From sequence record NC_042128.1: a stretch of DNA of 64,000 nt; one strand, written 5' to 3'. Position 1 is the first letter of the stretch, and the number at the start of each line of letters is the position of its first letter. Of this stretch, positions 27,677 through 37,442 are shown piece by piece. The DNA comes from Escherichia phage RCS47. Position numbers and translations under genes: made by a program. A model generated the notes under the pieces. The model ran no database searches and was not told where the DNA came from. It worked only from the letters and a program-made list of their open reading frames with translations.

Positions 27677-28492
27677 TTAGCCAAGGCGCTTACGGCGCAG
27701 TTTCATTGACTTTTTGCGGGCAAGTTTTGCCGCACCGGTCTGGGCTTTTCGACGCGCTTTTTTCAGCGCCGATTTTTGAGCCGCAGTCAGACGTTTTTTA
27801 CGCAGGCGTTTACGGATGAGTTTGATCTCACCGTTACGAACAACCTTCTTAAATGCTTCAGTCAGCATTTCATCAGAAGTGCCAGCAACAACAAACGCCG
27901 CTTCCAGTTCGTCACGATCGTCGCTATCTAAACCAGCGATAGAGGCACCAACATCAGCAGCTGCGTCGTCGTCTTCATCGTCAGCCAGTGCTTCGATCAG
28001 GTCATCATCTACACCGCATGCTGCGAGGAAGTCAGCAACATTTGCCCATGCTTCGTTATAGGCATCGTCCTGTTCTTCTGTAACTTCGGAGTCGTCGTCA
28101 TCAGAGATACCAGCGATAGCCTGAACGAAACCATCAAGGGAGTCGAAAGTCAGATCACCGCTATCAGCCCAGGCGAAAACGGCGTCGGCCGCATCACTCA
28201 ACGCATTCTGCATAGCACTTCGATTTGCAGCTTCCAGAATCATCTGGTGCGCCTGTTCAACGGTCCATTCTTTACCTTCTTTCCCTTCCAGGATTTGCCC
28301 AGGAGCCTGGTCAGGTTGAACGTTCTCGTTAATCTGTGCCGCCGGTTCCGGATTATTATTAATAACCGGATCTGTTGGCGGTTCGGCGCTTGCCCGGGCA
28401 GACTCCATCAGCTGCACAGGATCAGAATTCAAAGCGAAACGGGACAGTCCATTCCCCAAAAATGCCCCGGATTGAAAAAAGTTTTTGCTCAT
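27677..28492 (-). CDS. acidic structural/assembly protein with basic C-terminal tail
   Basis: 271 aa; Asp/Glu-rich core followed by Lys/Arg-rich tail. Confidence 0.4.
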   Translation of the reverse strand: MSKNFFQSGAFLGNGLSRFALNSDPVQLMESARASAEPPTDPVINNNPEPAAQINENVQPDQAPGQILEGKEGKEWTVEQAHQMILEAANRSAMQNALSDAADAVFAWADSGDLTFDSLDGFVQAIAGISDDDDSEVTEEQDDAYNEAWANVADFLAACGVDDDLIEALADDEDDDAAADVGASIAGLDSDDRDELEAAFVVAGTSDEMLTEAFKKVVRNGEIKLIRKRLRKKRLTAAQKSALKKARRKAQTGAAKLARKKSMKLRRKRLG

Positions 28493-28501
28493 TGTATTCC
28501 C

Positions 28502-30091
28502 TTACTTAATAAGCAGCGGTACGCCCTGGATACGACGGGCTACGCCAGTCGGGCAGCAGGCCCAGACTACTTCCCATTTATCGAATTCCGCCTGCGTAAC
28601 TTTCAGCACATACGGTTCTGTACCGTCAGCATCAGGATCACGAGGAGCCACCAGAGCGCCGGAGGCGACAAAGCGATCTAAAAGTTTGGTCATCCCTTTA
28701 GTCAGGCCAGCCGCAGTAATACCGTCCGGGCTATGCTTCATCTGTCGGGCTAACTGGACAAAGAAACGGCTGATTGCATTCATCAGGGATGGGACGTGCT
28801 GGAAGTGCAGATAGTTATCCTGCGTGCAGCAAGTTAAAGCATCGTCGATGATCATCTGGCCAGAGGTGCCAACAGATACTTTATTGAGACGGCCCTTGAC
28901 CATTGCTTCTTCGTCCGGGGTATCTTCCGGATACAGCGGTTGAATTGACGCACGAGCAATGACGGCACGTTCTTCACCAGCCGGTGAGTAATGCCAACCG
29001 CCGACATCAGAGTTTTTCTTGACGCCACGAGCTTTCGCCGCATACGCCACGCCAGACAGACCAAAGACCACACGGGATTGGGTCCATTTGTCTTTGCAGG
29101 AGAACGGGTAGTGATAGACAGCACAGCTTACATAATCGGTACCAAGTAAACCGGTATCTTCAACAGCAGAGATCGCTTCCGTGTACGTCAATGTCGGTTT
29201 GACATCAAAGAAGCCATCAATCAGGCGATCTGCACAGATTTTACCTAATGCGGTGATAGCCGCATTGTCATAGCAGCCCAGGCCAAGAACAGCGGTGTAC
29301 ATGTACGGCGCATTATTCAGCACTTTAACCGCACGCAGGTACGCAGCGGTTGAGATTTTCGACTGATCGCCGTTGGTACCGCCAGTGAACGCCAACGATT
29401 TTTTGTTTGTTACTTTCGCTGTCGAAATCAGCTCTTCATTAACAACCGCGCGCAGATATTTAGAACGGGCTTCCAGAGCCGTAGGCAGATAACACAAGCG
29501 GCCCATGTCATCTTTCGCTTCTTCCGCCAAAGACACAGTGTGTGTCTCCAGGGTCGTTACCACGCCGAGCGAAGTCGTCTGGGTCAGTTTTAAGAGGAAG
29601 CGTTCATTACCCGCGCTGTCCGCTGTTGCCGTTTCGATGGTTAACTCACGGGTAGGTGAAATACACGGATCACCATCATCAACGTAGATAGCAAAGGCTT
29701 CGCCACTATCAAGTTCAATTTCAGAACCGTATGGCAACGCACTGTAAGCCGGTTCGCCTGATTCATCGAACATAATAATCGGGAACTTCGCATCATCCGG
29801 AACAGCGCGAACAACATAACCAGACGTTTGCTGAATAGCTTCGTATACATGGCGAATTGGTTCGAACTGTGAGCCGGAAGACGGCTTCAGCGGTTCGCCG
29901 AGAACATCTTCGTAATTGGACTCAGTAACCGCAAGAACAGTAAACGGCTTGCCACGCGCAAATACGCCAATACCAGCCCATAAGCTGCTATTTAATGCAA
30001 CACCGGTAGATAACGTCGCATCGGCATTGATCGGGCTAACCGCGACGCCGGATGCATTACCTAATGACTGTTGAATTGAATATTGAGACAT
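28502..30091 (-). CDS. contractile tail sheath protein
   Basis: 529 aa; N-terminal region resembles sheath signatures (..GKPF..YEDVLGEP.. and ..GYVVRAV.. comparable to T4 gp18 ..LRVVRAV..). Confidence 0.6.
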   Translation of the reverse strand: MSQYSIQQSLGNASGVAVSPINADATLSTGVALNSSLWAGIGVFARGKPFTVLAVTESNYEDVLGEPLKPSSGSQFEPIRHVYEAIQQTSGYVVRAVPDDAKFPIIMFDESGEPAYSALPYGSEIELDSGEAFAIYVDDGDPCISPTRELTIETATADSAGNERFLLKLTQTTSLGVVTTLETHTVSLAEEAKDDMGRLCYLPTALEARSKYLRAVVNEELISTAKVTNKKSLAFTGGTNGDQSKISTAAYLRAVKVLNNAPYMYTAVLGLGCYDNAAITALGKICADRLIDGFFDVKPTLTYTEAISAVEDTGLLGTDYVSCAVYHYPFSCKDKWTQSRVVFGLSGVAYAAKARGVKKNSDVGGWHYSPAGEERAVIARASIQPLYPEDTPDEEAMVKGRLNKVSVGTSGQMIIDDALTCCTQDNYLHFQHVPSLMNAISRFFVQLARQMKHSPDGITAAGLTKGMTKLLDRFVASGALVAPRDPDADGTEPYVLKVTQAEFDKWEVVWACCPTGVARRIQGVPLLIK

Positions 30092-30151
30092 AACTTTCCC
30101 TGTTATGCGCCCCGCACGGGGGCGCTATGTTAAACGGAGAACTTCCCCTGA

Positions 30152-31879
30152 TTACTCAGAGTCACCGGCATCAATCGTGTCGCCGCTAATGAAGTTAAGC
30201 CCGCCTTTTTTGGCCATTGTCAGCGTTACACGAGTGAAGTAATCAGCGCCGTTGCGTGGGTGCATATCGTTGATAGCCGAACCCCACAGCGTGGTACGGT
30301 TGACCAGCGCCGGAGTGGTCGGATGCTGGAACGGGATGGCCGGGACAGCATCACCAGTCACGAAGCCTGCTTTACCCGGATTTTCATCACGGACGTAGCA
30401 CAGCACATCCATCGAGCTGAACTGAATGTTCTCTGTCGTTAAGTTCTTACAAATACCAGCAGGTACTTCGTACACTTTCACGTTACCGAACAGGGTACCG
30501 ATGTAGTGAACATACGGAGTCTGGATATAGTCTTCGGCTGGCTGGAAGAAATCCTTCGGCAACTGTTTGAAGAAAGATGCTGCATCAGCACCAGCAAACA
30601 TCCCCATCGCACCAGAAGATTTAACGCGCTCAATAATGTCGCGATATACAGTCTGGAATTTGCCACGAATGATGGTTGCCCATACATCAAAGGACTGGTT
30701 AACCGGCAGAGCGATGTCAAAGGTGTCGGTCGCAAGAGTACGCCAGATCATGATGCGAAGACGCAGCATATCCTGTTCATGAGACAGGTATTCCTTCAGG
30801 GTGCGGAACTGTAGGGAACCCAGGTCCAGACCAAATTCACGCTGTGCTTCATACGCCGCCTGTACCGTGTGCTCAGCCGCGATAACGAACTGGCTTGGGA
30901 ACAGGGTGTATTTCTTCATTTCGTGGTTGATCAGCGGGATCAGCTCAGGAGCGGCTTCAATATTGATTTCCGTCTCAATTGCGATCTCAGTGCCTTTATC
31001 CGGCGCTTTGGAGAACGACAGGGCAATCTGACCAATGTTGTAGTTCAGAGAGCAGGTAACAGTGATTTGCTCACCAGCAGCATTAGTAAACGAGTGAAGT
31101 AGGCTGCCGGAACCGTTATCAACAACAGACTTAATACGGTTAACGTAGATGTTAGTACGACCTTTTCGGATTGGTACATTCTGGCCTTCGAAGTCTTCCA
31201 TCTTGAAGGTTGCGGTTTTGCTGGTGCCATCGGAGCTTGCCACCAGCACATAGCGGCGGCGTAACTGGCTGTACACACCGACGGATTGCATGTCCAGAAC
31301 ATCACCAGCAGCATAAGAACCAAAAGAGGAACCTGCCACGTTAAAGACTTCATAGATGTCGGACTGGTCACGCGTAACCGGAATGAAGGTACACGCATCA
31401 GCGGTAGCTGCCCCCAACTGAACAGGCAGGATCATCGCGAGGAATAAAGGCAGACGCATAACACCGTCAGAAACGCTCATCATCTCTGCTGCGACGGATT
31501 CCAGCATCGCTTTATTAGTGGCATCCATGCTATTGCGGGTGGACTCAATCAGGCAGTTTTCCAGCGTCTGGTGGCAGGAGGCCAGAATTTCCGGACGCGG
31601 CATAGATTTATGTGCTGCGGCGTAGTCAGCCAGTGCACTTGCCCACGCTGTAGCGATTTGAGCGGTGGCATTATCAGAGATACCCGCAAAAACCGGGTCT
31701 TTACGTGCAGCTTCAAGGATAGATGCGGCACGCGCGGCATCATCTTTAATGAATTGGTTATCAGTACCGAACTGCGCAGTGCTTGCCCAGCCAAGCACAG
31801 CTTTAGAGCGTTTTGCGATATCTGCAATACGATTCTGGTATTCGCGTAAGTTACTCAATTTACTCTTCCTTAAACACAA
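30152..31879 (-). CDS. putative major capsid protein precursor (positional, P1 gene 23-like); true start probably a TTG near 31858
   Basis: 575-aa ORF between sheath gene and parS; no ATG at ORF start. Confidence 0.4.
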   Translation of the reverse strand: MCLRKSKLSNLREYQNRIADIAKRSKAVLGWASTAQFGTDNQFIKDDAARAASILEAARKDPVFAGISDNATAQIATAWASALADYAAAHKSMPRPEILASCHQTLENCLIESTRNSMDATNKAMLESVAAEMMSVSDGVMRLPLFLAMILPVQLGAATADACTFIPVTRDQSDIYEVFNVAGSSFGSYAAGDVLDMQSVGVYSQLRRRYVLVASSDGTSKTATFKMEDFEGQNVPIRKGRTNIYVNRIKSVVDNGSGSLLHSFTNAAGEQITVTCSLNYNIGQIALSFSKAPDKGTEIAIETEINIEAAPELIPLINHEMKKYTLFPSQFVIAAEHTVQAAYEAQREFGLDLGSLQFRTLKEYLSHEQDMLRLRIMIWRTLATDTFDIALPVNQSFDVWATIIRGKFQTVYRDIIERVKSSGAMGMFAGADAASFFKQLPKDFFQPAEDYIQTPYVHYIGTLFGNVKVYEVPAGICKNLTTENIQFSSMDVLCYVRDENPGKAGFVTGDAVPAIPFQHPTTPALVNRTTLWGSAINDMHPRNGADYFTRVTLTMAKKGGLNFISGDTIDAGDSE

Positions 31880-31984
31880 GGCACTTGTGTGAATCCCTTT
31901 TCGGAAGAGATTTTATTGAAAGTCACTTGTTGACTTTCTCGTGACAAGCAATTTTTTTATTTTTTCGGGAGGAGGGGAGGAAGG

Positions 31985-32085
31985 TAAAATCCAAGGTGAA
32001 ATCGTGGCGATTTCACCTTGAAATTTTAGAGTAATTTACTTTAAAAACAGTCAGTTAATAGTGAAATTTGAATGGCGAAAGTTTA
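31985..32085. other. parS: plasmid centromere parS
   Basis: palindrome aaggtgaaatcgtggcgatttcacctt (heptamer ATTTCAC boxes with TCGCCA box) at 31993-32019, AT-rich putative IHF site, second GTGAAAT/TGGCGA arm at 32059-32081; immediately downstream of parB. Confidence 0.8.
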
Positions 32086-33084
32086 AGGCTTCGGCTTTTT
32101 ATCGAGGCTCTTTCTAAGGATATGCCCAATCATCCTGTCGAGTTCTTCCTGTAACTCTTTTGAGAGTCGATTAAACTCATAAGAAAATGCACGGCCTTTC
32201 ACGCGCTTCCTTGCAAAGCGATCCTTGTCCTCAAATTTCCATAATTCAGTAACTACGGACTTATCTTTAGAACCTTTATCCGTGAGTAGTGAGGCTTCCT
32301 TTGTTATCAAGCGCAGGATTTTATTTTTAACTTCATCTTCGGCCATTTCTTCAATGGATAAGATGTCGTTTATTTCCGGGGATATGTTTTGAATAAGCTG
32401 ATCAAACTCTAAATTCTTGTTCCCCATTTCGTCGCCAACAGCACAAAGCGTTTTGTAGTCCGAAAAGGTTAATTCCGACTGCACAGGGAAAAGGGCGACT
32501 AATTCTTCCGGAGCACTCGCTGCCTGGAGAGCACGCGTGACCTTCGCCTGAGACAGCCCTTCTTTGGCTGCAATATCCTTCTGACTCATCCCATCATTTT
32601 TCATTCGCATCAAACGCAGACCTATTTCTCGAATGCTGTGCTGCAATGCTGTCTGAACGTCTTTCGCTAAATTTTGCGCTTCCTGAACGCTGATCTCCTG
32701 GTCCGTGACTAAAACCCGCAACCCTACGTTCTCTAAGATGGCAGAAGCTCGACGCCGGGAACCATCCAAAATTTCAATTTTCCCTGTAGCCCGTCTGACA
32801 CCTATTGCAGGGTAAAATTGCTGATGCTTAATAGTGCTTCGGATACTTTTTAATGATTTTGGCGTAAGAGATGCCTGGTCACGCCCGTTGTTATGCTGAT
32901 CAACAAAGGTATCGCTTTCTACCTGGTTCGGAGGTATTACCTCTTCAATAAATGTGGCCTGGCGACCAGTTGATAACTTGAATACCTGCTCGACTCGATC
33001 GCCAGAGGCTGAAGAACTATCAAATCCGCTTAATATTGAAGGATTAAGGGTTCGCCCAATTGTTGGTCTGTTTTTCTTTGACAT
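32083..33084 (-). CDS. parB: partition protein ParB
   Basis: 333 aa; HTH ParB family; adjacent to parA and parS. Confidence 0.85.
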   Translation of the reverse strand: MSKKNRPTIGRTLNPSILSGFDSSSASGDRVEQVFKLSTGRQATFIEEVIPPNQVESDTFVDQHNNGRDQASLTPKSLKSIRSTIKHQQFYPAIGVRRATGKIEILDGSRRRASAILENVGLRVLVTDQEISVQEAQNLAKDVQTALQHSIREIGLRLMRMKNDGMSQKDIAAKEGLSQAKVTRALQAASAPEELVALFPVQSELTFSDYKTLCAVGDEMGNKNLEFDQLIQNISPEINDILSIEEMAEDEVKNKILRLITKEASLLTDKGSKDKSVVTELWKFEDKDRFARKRVKGRAFSYEFNRLSKELQEELDRMIGHILRKSLDKKPKP

Positions 33085-33100
33085 GGGGGTTTCTTACTCC

Positions 33101-34297
33101 TCAGTTAGATCTGATAAATTCAATACGGTCAAAAACTGCTTTAGCAAAATCTTCCGCGGCAATTCGCGCGTTCTTCAATGCATCAGCACTACCAACATAC
33201 GTTGCCGGGTTAGCTGAAATAACAGTGTCAAAAGACTCGCCGCAGCGTTCAAAACCGTCAAGGCGAGGGAGGACGACATCAAGCATATCCCCACCGAACA
33301 CTTCTTTAGCCAGGCTATGGCAATACTTATGGTCTGCCTTGTTACTCAACTTGGACATAAAACCAATGTTAGTCGCAAGCTGGCACTCGCAGCCTTCATC
33401 CGAAATGAGTTTTACCAACTCAGGAAGGCGGGCAACGTATTTAAGCGATGAGTGGAAATCAACCGTTGCAGGCGGCAGAGGTGTAAACAGTATATTGGCC
33501 GAGGCCAAAGCATTTTTCAGGAAGGCGTCAAGGTGAGGACCACTATCAACGAGGATAAAGTCATAATCGCTCTTCAGCTTATCAATCACATTTTCTTTCA
33601 GGACTGCATGGATGTTTTGACCCGGTAGATGCTCATTGCACAGCTCTCTCCAATCGGATGCAATAAAGGCATCGTCAATCGACGCAGGCATAACGTCAAC
33701 CCCAGGTACAACAGAAGGAACAATAAACTCCTCTAACAGCTCTTCACGGCTTACATTCTGCAACATAGCCTGTGCAGATGTTGCGTTTACGATACCAATA
33801 GAGTGTTTATGGCTTAAAAACATCGTTGCTGAAGATTGCGGATCAAGGTCAATAACCAGAATCCTTAAATCTTCCATCAGAAGATGAGGGTGAGCACGCA
33901 TTGCATGCGCCAGAGAAACCGTCGATACAGTTTTTGACACACCGCCTTTAAGATTGGAGATGAAAATCACATACGCTTCGCTGTAGCGATCCCGGTATTT
34001 TGGCACTCCGCGATGTTCATATATGTCAATGATGTTCTGAATTGACATCGCATATTTCATTGAAGAGCCAGCAGGGCGTTTATCGAAAACATAACCCTTT
34101 TCTTCCATTTCACTCACGGCATAGTCAACGTTCGCTCGAGTCAGTAGAGGCAATTTTGCCAGTGCCGCTTTCGCATAGACCTGGTAAAACTCGTTCGCGT
34201 GTAGCTCATCCTTTTGCAACTGTACTTGTTCAGTCAGAACATTGAGCATTCTGTTTGCTCTTTGAGCAACCTTGTGAAGCTGGCTGGAATCACTCAT
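33101..34297 (-). CDS. parA: partition ATPase ParA (type Ia, with N-terminal DNA-binding extension)
   Basis: 398 aa; deviant Walker A KGGVSKT. Confidence 0.9.
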   Translation of the reverse strand: MSDSSQLHKVAQRANRMLNVLTEQVQLQKDELHANEFYQVYAKAALAKLPLLTRANVDYAVSEMEEKGYVFDKRPAGSSMKYAMSIQNIIDIYEHRGVPKYRDRYSEAYVIFISNLKGGVSKTVSTVSLAHAMRAHPHLLMEDLRILVIDLDPQSSATMFLSHKHSIGIVNATSAQAMLQNVSREELLEEFIVPSVVPGVDVMPASIDDAFIASDWRELCNEHLPGQNIHAVLKENVIDKLKSDYDFILVDSGPHLDAFLKNALASANILFTPLPPATVDFHSSLKYVARLPELVKLISDEGCECQLATNIGFMSKLSNKADHKYCHSLAKEVFGGDMLDVVLPRLDGFERCGESFDTVISANPATYVGSADALKNARIAAEDFAKAVFDRIEFIRSN

Positions 34298-34366
34298 CGA
34301 AAGCCATCCTTTATGCTGTATTTTTGAATTTAATTAAAAATGCTGCATAAAATAATAATGTATGCG

Positions 34367-34383
34367 TAGATGCTTGTACATAG
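34367..34383. promoter_or_regulatory. candidate parA operator palindrome
   Basis: atgct-tgtaca-t-agcat near-palindrome in the parA promoter region. Confidence 0.3.
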
Positions 34384-34434
34384 CATTCTCTGCATGTTTG
34401 GTTCATTTTGCACGATTGAGAGTTACAAGGAGGG

Positions 34435-34460
34435 CACAAAAAAGCCCCGTTCAGGGGCAT
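34435..34460 (-). terminator. rho-independent terminator after the T5orf172 gene
   Basis: - strand hairpin gcccctgaacggggc followed by TTTTTTGTG. Confidence 0.6.
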
Positions 34461-34465
34461 CAGTG

Positions 34466-35275
34466 TTATTTGCTAAGAGCAGCGAATAATCGTTCGAAAT
34501 CGATAGTATCTATGGCACGCGTAAGCGCCGGAAGTTCAGCCTCAAAGTACCCGTGTCGATCGTAAAAGAAGGGACCGAAGAGCGAGGCATGTTGGATTCT
34601 ACTTCGCCCCAGCCCGGACACACAGTTAAGCCCATTACCGGCTAAAAGGCTAAAAAACTTCTCTGGATTATCGTGGTAAAGCTGGGAATCAATGGTGGCG
34701 GTTAACTCTTCCATAGGGAAGCACACCCGCCTTGTCTCCCAGGAATATTTAGTCCGAAGCATAAACATTGCTTTCAGCAATTCACATTGAGCGCGGATCG
34801 CGTCCGGTTCATAGCCAGATATGGAGACATAAGCCACGTCCCTCATTCCTGCGTCATCTTTGAAAGTCACGATAGAAGTAACATCCAGCTCTTTTTCGAA
34901 AGAGCGGGCAGCATCTACTGGACGCTGAAGTAAATCATTCGACTTAATGCGCTCGAGAATCCCTCCCCACATATCATTTAGATATTCGATATGAGCCAAA
35001 ACCTTATCAAGACACTCTCGTGTAAACCATTCAGTATGCCCGCCACCAGCGCTTTTCTCCCACGGCGCATTCCAGGGGAAAAAGGTTGCGTGTAAAGCCC
35101 GCTCAAGATTAACTATTGCCAAACGCGTACCACGATAGACCCGTGAAAGCGCAAAATCGGGACTCACTTGTAGCCCTTTAAACCGTGCCAATGGACCACA
35201 TGAAATGCCGATTTTAAAAGTATCTCCATTCTCCGGCACCAGAACGTAGAGGTAGTGTTGTTTCTCTTCTTGCAT
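34466..35275 (-). CDS. T5orf172 (GIY-YIG-like) domain protein with uncharacterised C-terminal domain
   Basis: 269 aa; N-terminus HYLYVLV...FKIGIS...R...E..LH..F...GGGHTEWF matches T5orf172/MUG113 signature including the EWF motif. Confidence 0.6.
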   Translation of the reverse strand: MQEEKQHYLYVLVPENGDTFKIGISCGPLARFKGLQVSPDFALSRVYRGTRLAIVNLERALHATFFPWNAPWEKSAGGGHTEWFTRECLDKVLAHIEYLNDMWGGILERIKSNDLLQRPVDAARSFEKELDVTSIVTFKDDAGMRDVAYVSISGYEPDAIRAQCELLKAMFMLRTKYSWETRRVCFPMEELTATIDSQLYHDNPEKFFSLLAGNGLNCVSGLGRSRIQHASLFGPFFYDRHGYFEAELPALTRAIDTIDFERLFAALSK

Positions 35276-35309
35276 ATCAATACCACTGCTTGATGAGAAC
35301 CGCGCAAAT

Positions 35310-35566
35310 GTTGACTATGCGCGAAAGTTAATGTGAATAGTTGACTATGCGCGATGTGACTACAGTCAAAAGTTGACTGTAGTCGATTTAACTCCACCAA
35401 AGATCGACTATGTAAGATATTGTCGGGAGAAACGTTGACTATACGCGATGAAATGACCCTAAAAGCCATCTCAATAGCAACTTGCAGAATATTGACGCCA
35501 GCAAAAATCCACCAGCGTCAACGAATGTCGCCTATAGTCAACTTCTCGCTATCGCATATAGTCAAT
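35310..35566. repeat. incA-like iteron array (copy-number control)
   Basis: at least 8 copies of TTGACTATRCGCGA-like repeats in both orientations between repA and parA. Confidence 0.6.
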
Positions 35567-35567
35567 A

Positions 35568-36452
35568 TTATGGATTGCGCTTATGGATCTGGAAGCCGAT
35601 TTTCCTGCCGTTTTTTATTTCTGAAAATTTAAGATATTCAATAGCTTCCAAATCTTTCATGGCTTTTCTGATAACGCTATTTTGCACGCTAACGGATGAT
35701 TTGAGATTAAGCCTTGCTCTAAGGCGCTCAATGCTGACAGGTGCCGGGTTGGCGGGTAGAGCCTCAAAGAATGTATACAGTACCTTGGCCGTCTCTTTGC
35801 GCCCGAGCTTATCCAGCATCTTCAGCTTCAGGATTCGCTTATAGTCAACATAGTAAAGTTCAGATAGCTGTTTCTGCGGCTGGATCTCGATAACATCAAG
35901 CTCAGTATTCAGGCTGCTATATGCCAACAAGTTGACGTTAATGTTATTGAGATGACCTTTTGCCGCCGGGAAGCGGAATTTGACAACTGTCTGCTGAATG
36001 CGTGTCAGAGAGTCATCAATACTTTTACGGAACGCCTTTGAAAGGCGCTTACGTGGATAGCCGCATCGATCGGCAAACTCGGAGAATGGCAGGGTGATTA
36101 TGCCGTCATCATCAGGAGCATAGTCAAACAACGCGGAGGTTATGCCCACCCACACCTTAAAATCAGTATCCATATCCAGGCGTGGACCATGAATTTCAAT
36201 TCCCTCATAGCCTTCCTGCTCAACAATTTTGAGGCTTGATAGTTCTTCGGTTGCGTTCGTTGTGTTTGTTGTAACTGACGATCCGCGACGTAGCGCCACA
36301 TTGGTAGATTTTAAGGTTGGCACAAACACACCTAAGCGCAACAAAGCTATGGGTTGTATAGTGCTGTTGTTATTGGGCTTCAGGCTGTGGATTTCTCCTG
36401 TATTTCCTGCAACTTCTTCAACGCTAAGGAAGCCTTTACTTTCTTCCGGCAT
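35568..36452 (-). CDS. repA: plasmid replication initiator RepA (iteron-binding)
   Basis: 294 aa flanked by iteron arrays on both sides. Confidence 0.75.
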   Translation of the reverse strand: MPEESKGFLSVEEVAGNTGEIHSLKPNNNSTIQPIALLRLGVFVPTLKSTNVALRRGSSVTTNTTNATEELSSLKIVEQEGYEGIEIHGPRLDMDTDFKVWVGITSALFDYAPDDDGIITLPFSEFADRCGYPRKRLSKAFRKSIDDSLTRIQQTVVKFRFPAAKGHLNNINVNLLAYSSLNTELDVIEIQPQKQLSELYYVDYKRILKLKMLDKLGRKETAKVLYTFFEALPANPAPVSIERLRARLNLKSSVSVQNSVIRKAMKDLEAIEYLKFSEIKNGRKIGFQIHKRNP

Positions 36453-36527
36453 CGTGGTTTCTCCATGTGTGGCGCGGCCTGGCGTTAATTTAGATGACTG
36501 TTATCAACAGCTGTGAATATTCAGGCT

Positions 36528-36745
36528 CTAAAATCGCGTACAGTCAACGTTTCTGTCGCGTATAGTCAACAATAAATCGCGTGCAGTCAACATAAAATCG
36601 CACACAGTCAACATAAAATCGCGTATAGTCAATGTTGATCCCGTTTCAGGCCATGAACGGCGCGGCTTACAGCGATCCGGGATCTTCTTTGGATCTTCCT
36701 AGGTTCTCTTTGGGATCTGTTTATTGGATCTATGCTGTGGATAAG
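36528..36745. other. plasmid origin oriR: 5 direct iterons (incC), 5 GATC sites, DnaA box
   Basis: five ~19-bp direct repeats (a/t)aaatcgcRtRcagtcaac at 36530-36633 with ~21-bp periodicity; GATC at 36674, 36681, 36692, 36714, 36727; perfect DnaA box tgtggataa at 36736-36744. Confidence 0.75.
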
Positions 36746-36786
36746 TTGAATAAACCGGCCAACATAGCCGGTTGGAAGGAAGGGTA

Positions 36787-37179
36787 TTATTCTACGCTTT
36801 CGATAAGAAGACCATGTTCATAACATTTAAGCTCATCGCCTTCGTACAGGAATTGGTATCCAATACCACCATTTTCATGGACATTAGGGAATAACTCATA
36901 ACTCACTGAAGAGCAAATCACACCAATGCAGCGATCAACGCCTTCTCGTTCTTCAGTGCTGAAAAAATCCTCTTCGGTAAGAACATGAGTACATTGCTCA
37001 TCAGCATAGGTCGGAAATACATGCTCAATGCAATCCGGGTGTTTTAAACCAAGCTGAGCGGCAAGCTCGAAAGCATGACGGTATTGTTCAGATCCTGGCT
37101 TGCCAACAGTGATGTGCTCAATTTTGTAGATTGAAGTCGCTTTGTTGATAGTTTGCTTTACTGTTACTTTATCAGACAT
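36787..37179 (-). CDS. hypothetical protein
   Basis: 130-aa ORF. Confidence 0.4.
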   Translation of the reverse strand: MSDKVTVKQTINKATSIYKIEHITVGKPGSEQYRHAFELAAQLGLKHPDCIEHVFPTYADEQCTHVLTEEDFFSTEEREGVDRCIGVICSSVSYELFPNVHENGGIGYQFLYEGDELKCYEHGLLIESVE

Positions 37180-37190
37180 AAAAATCCCTT

Positions 37191-37442
37191 TTAGTTACCG
37201 CTGATAGCGCGGTTGTAATCATTAACGTTGCGATTCTTCCTGTTAATCCCCATCAGCATCGTTTCTGTATCGAGGATATACGCTGGCAGATCATCGAAAT
37301 ATTCACTGCTAAACTCTGGCATTCTGCACATAAATGCACTTTTGGGGGCAGGGTGGTTAACCTTTGTCGGCGTCGGCGTTAAATTCGCTGATCGACTCCC
37401 GGAGCAACCGCTGAGTGTCAGCAGGAATGCGCTGGCGAACAT
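37191..37442 (-). CDS. small proline-rich outer-membrane lipoprotein (o-spanin-like), embedded out of frame in the 3' part of the upstream gene
   Basis: signal peptide + lipobox LTLSGC, Pro-rich mature part; overlapped architecture. Confidence 0.45.
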   Translation of the reverse strand: MFASAFLLTLSGCSGSRSANLTPTPTKVNHPAPKSAFMCRMPEFSSEYFDDLPAYILDTETMLMGINRKNRNVNDYNRAISGN

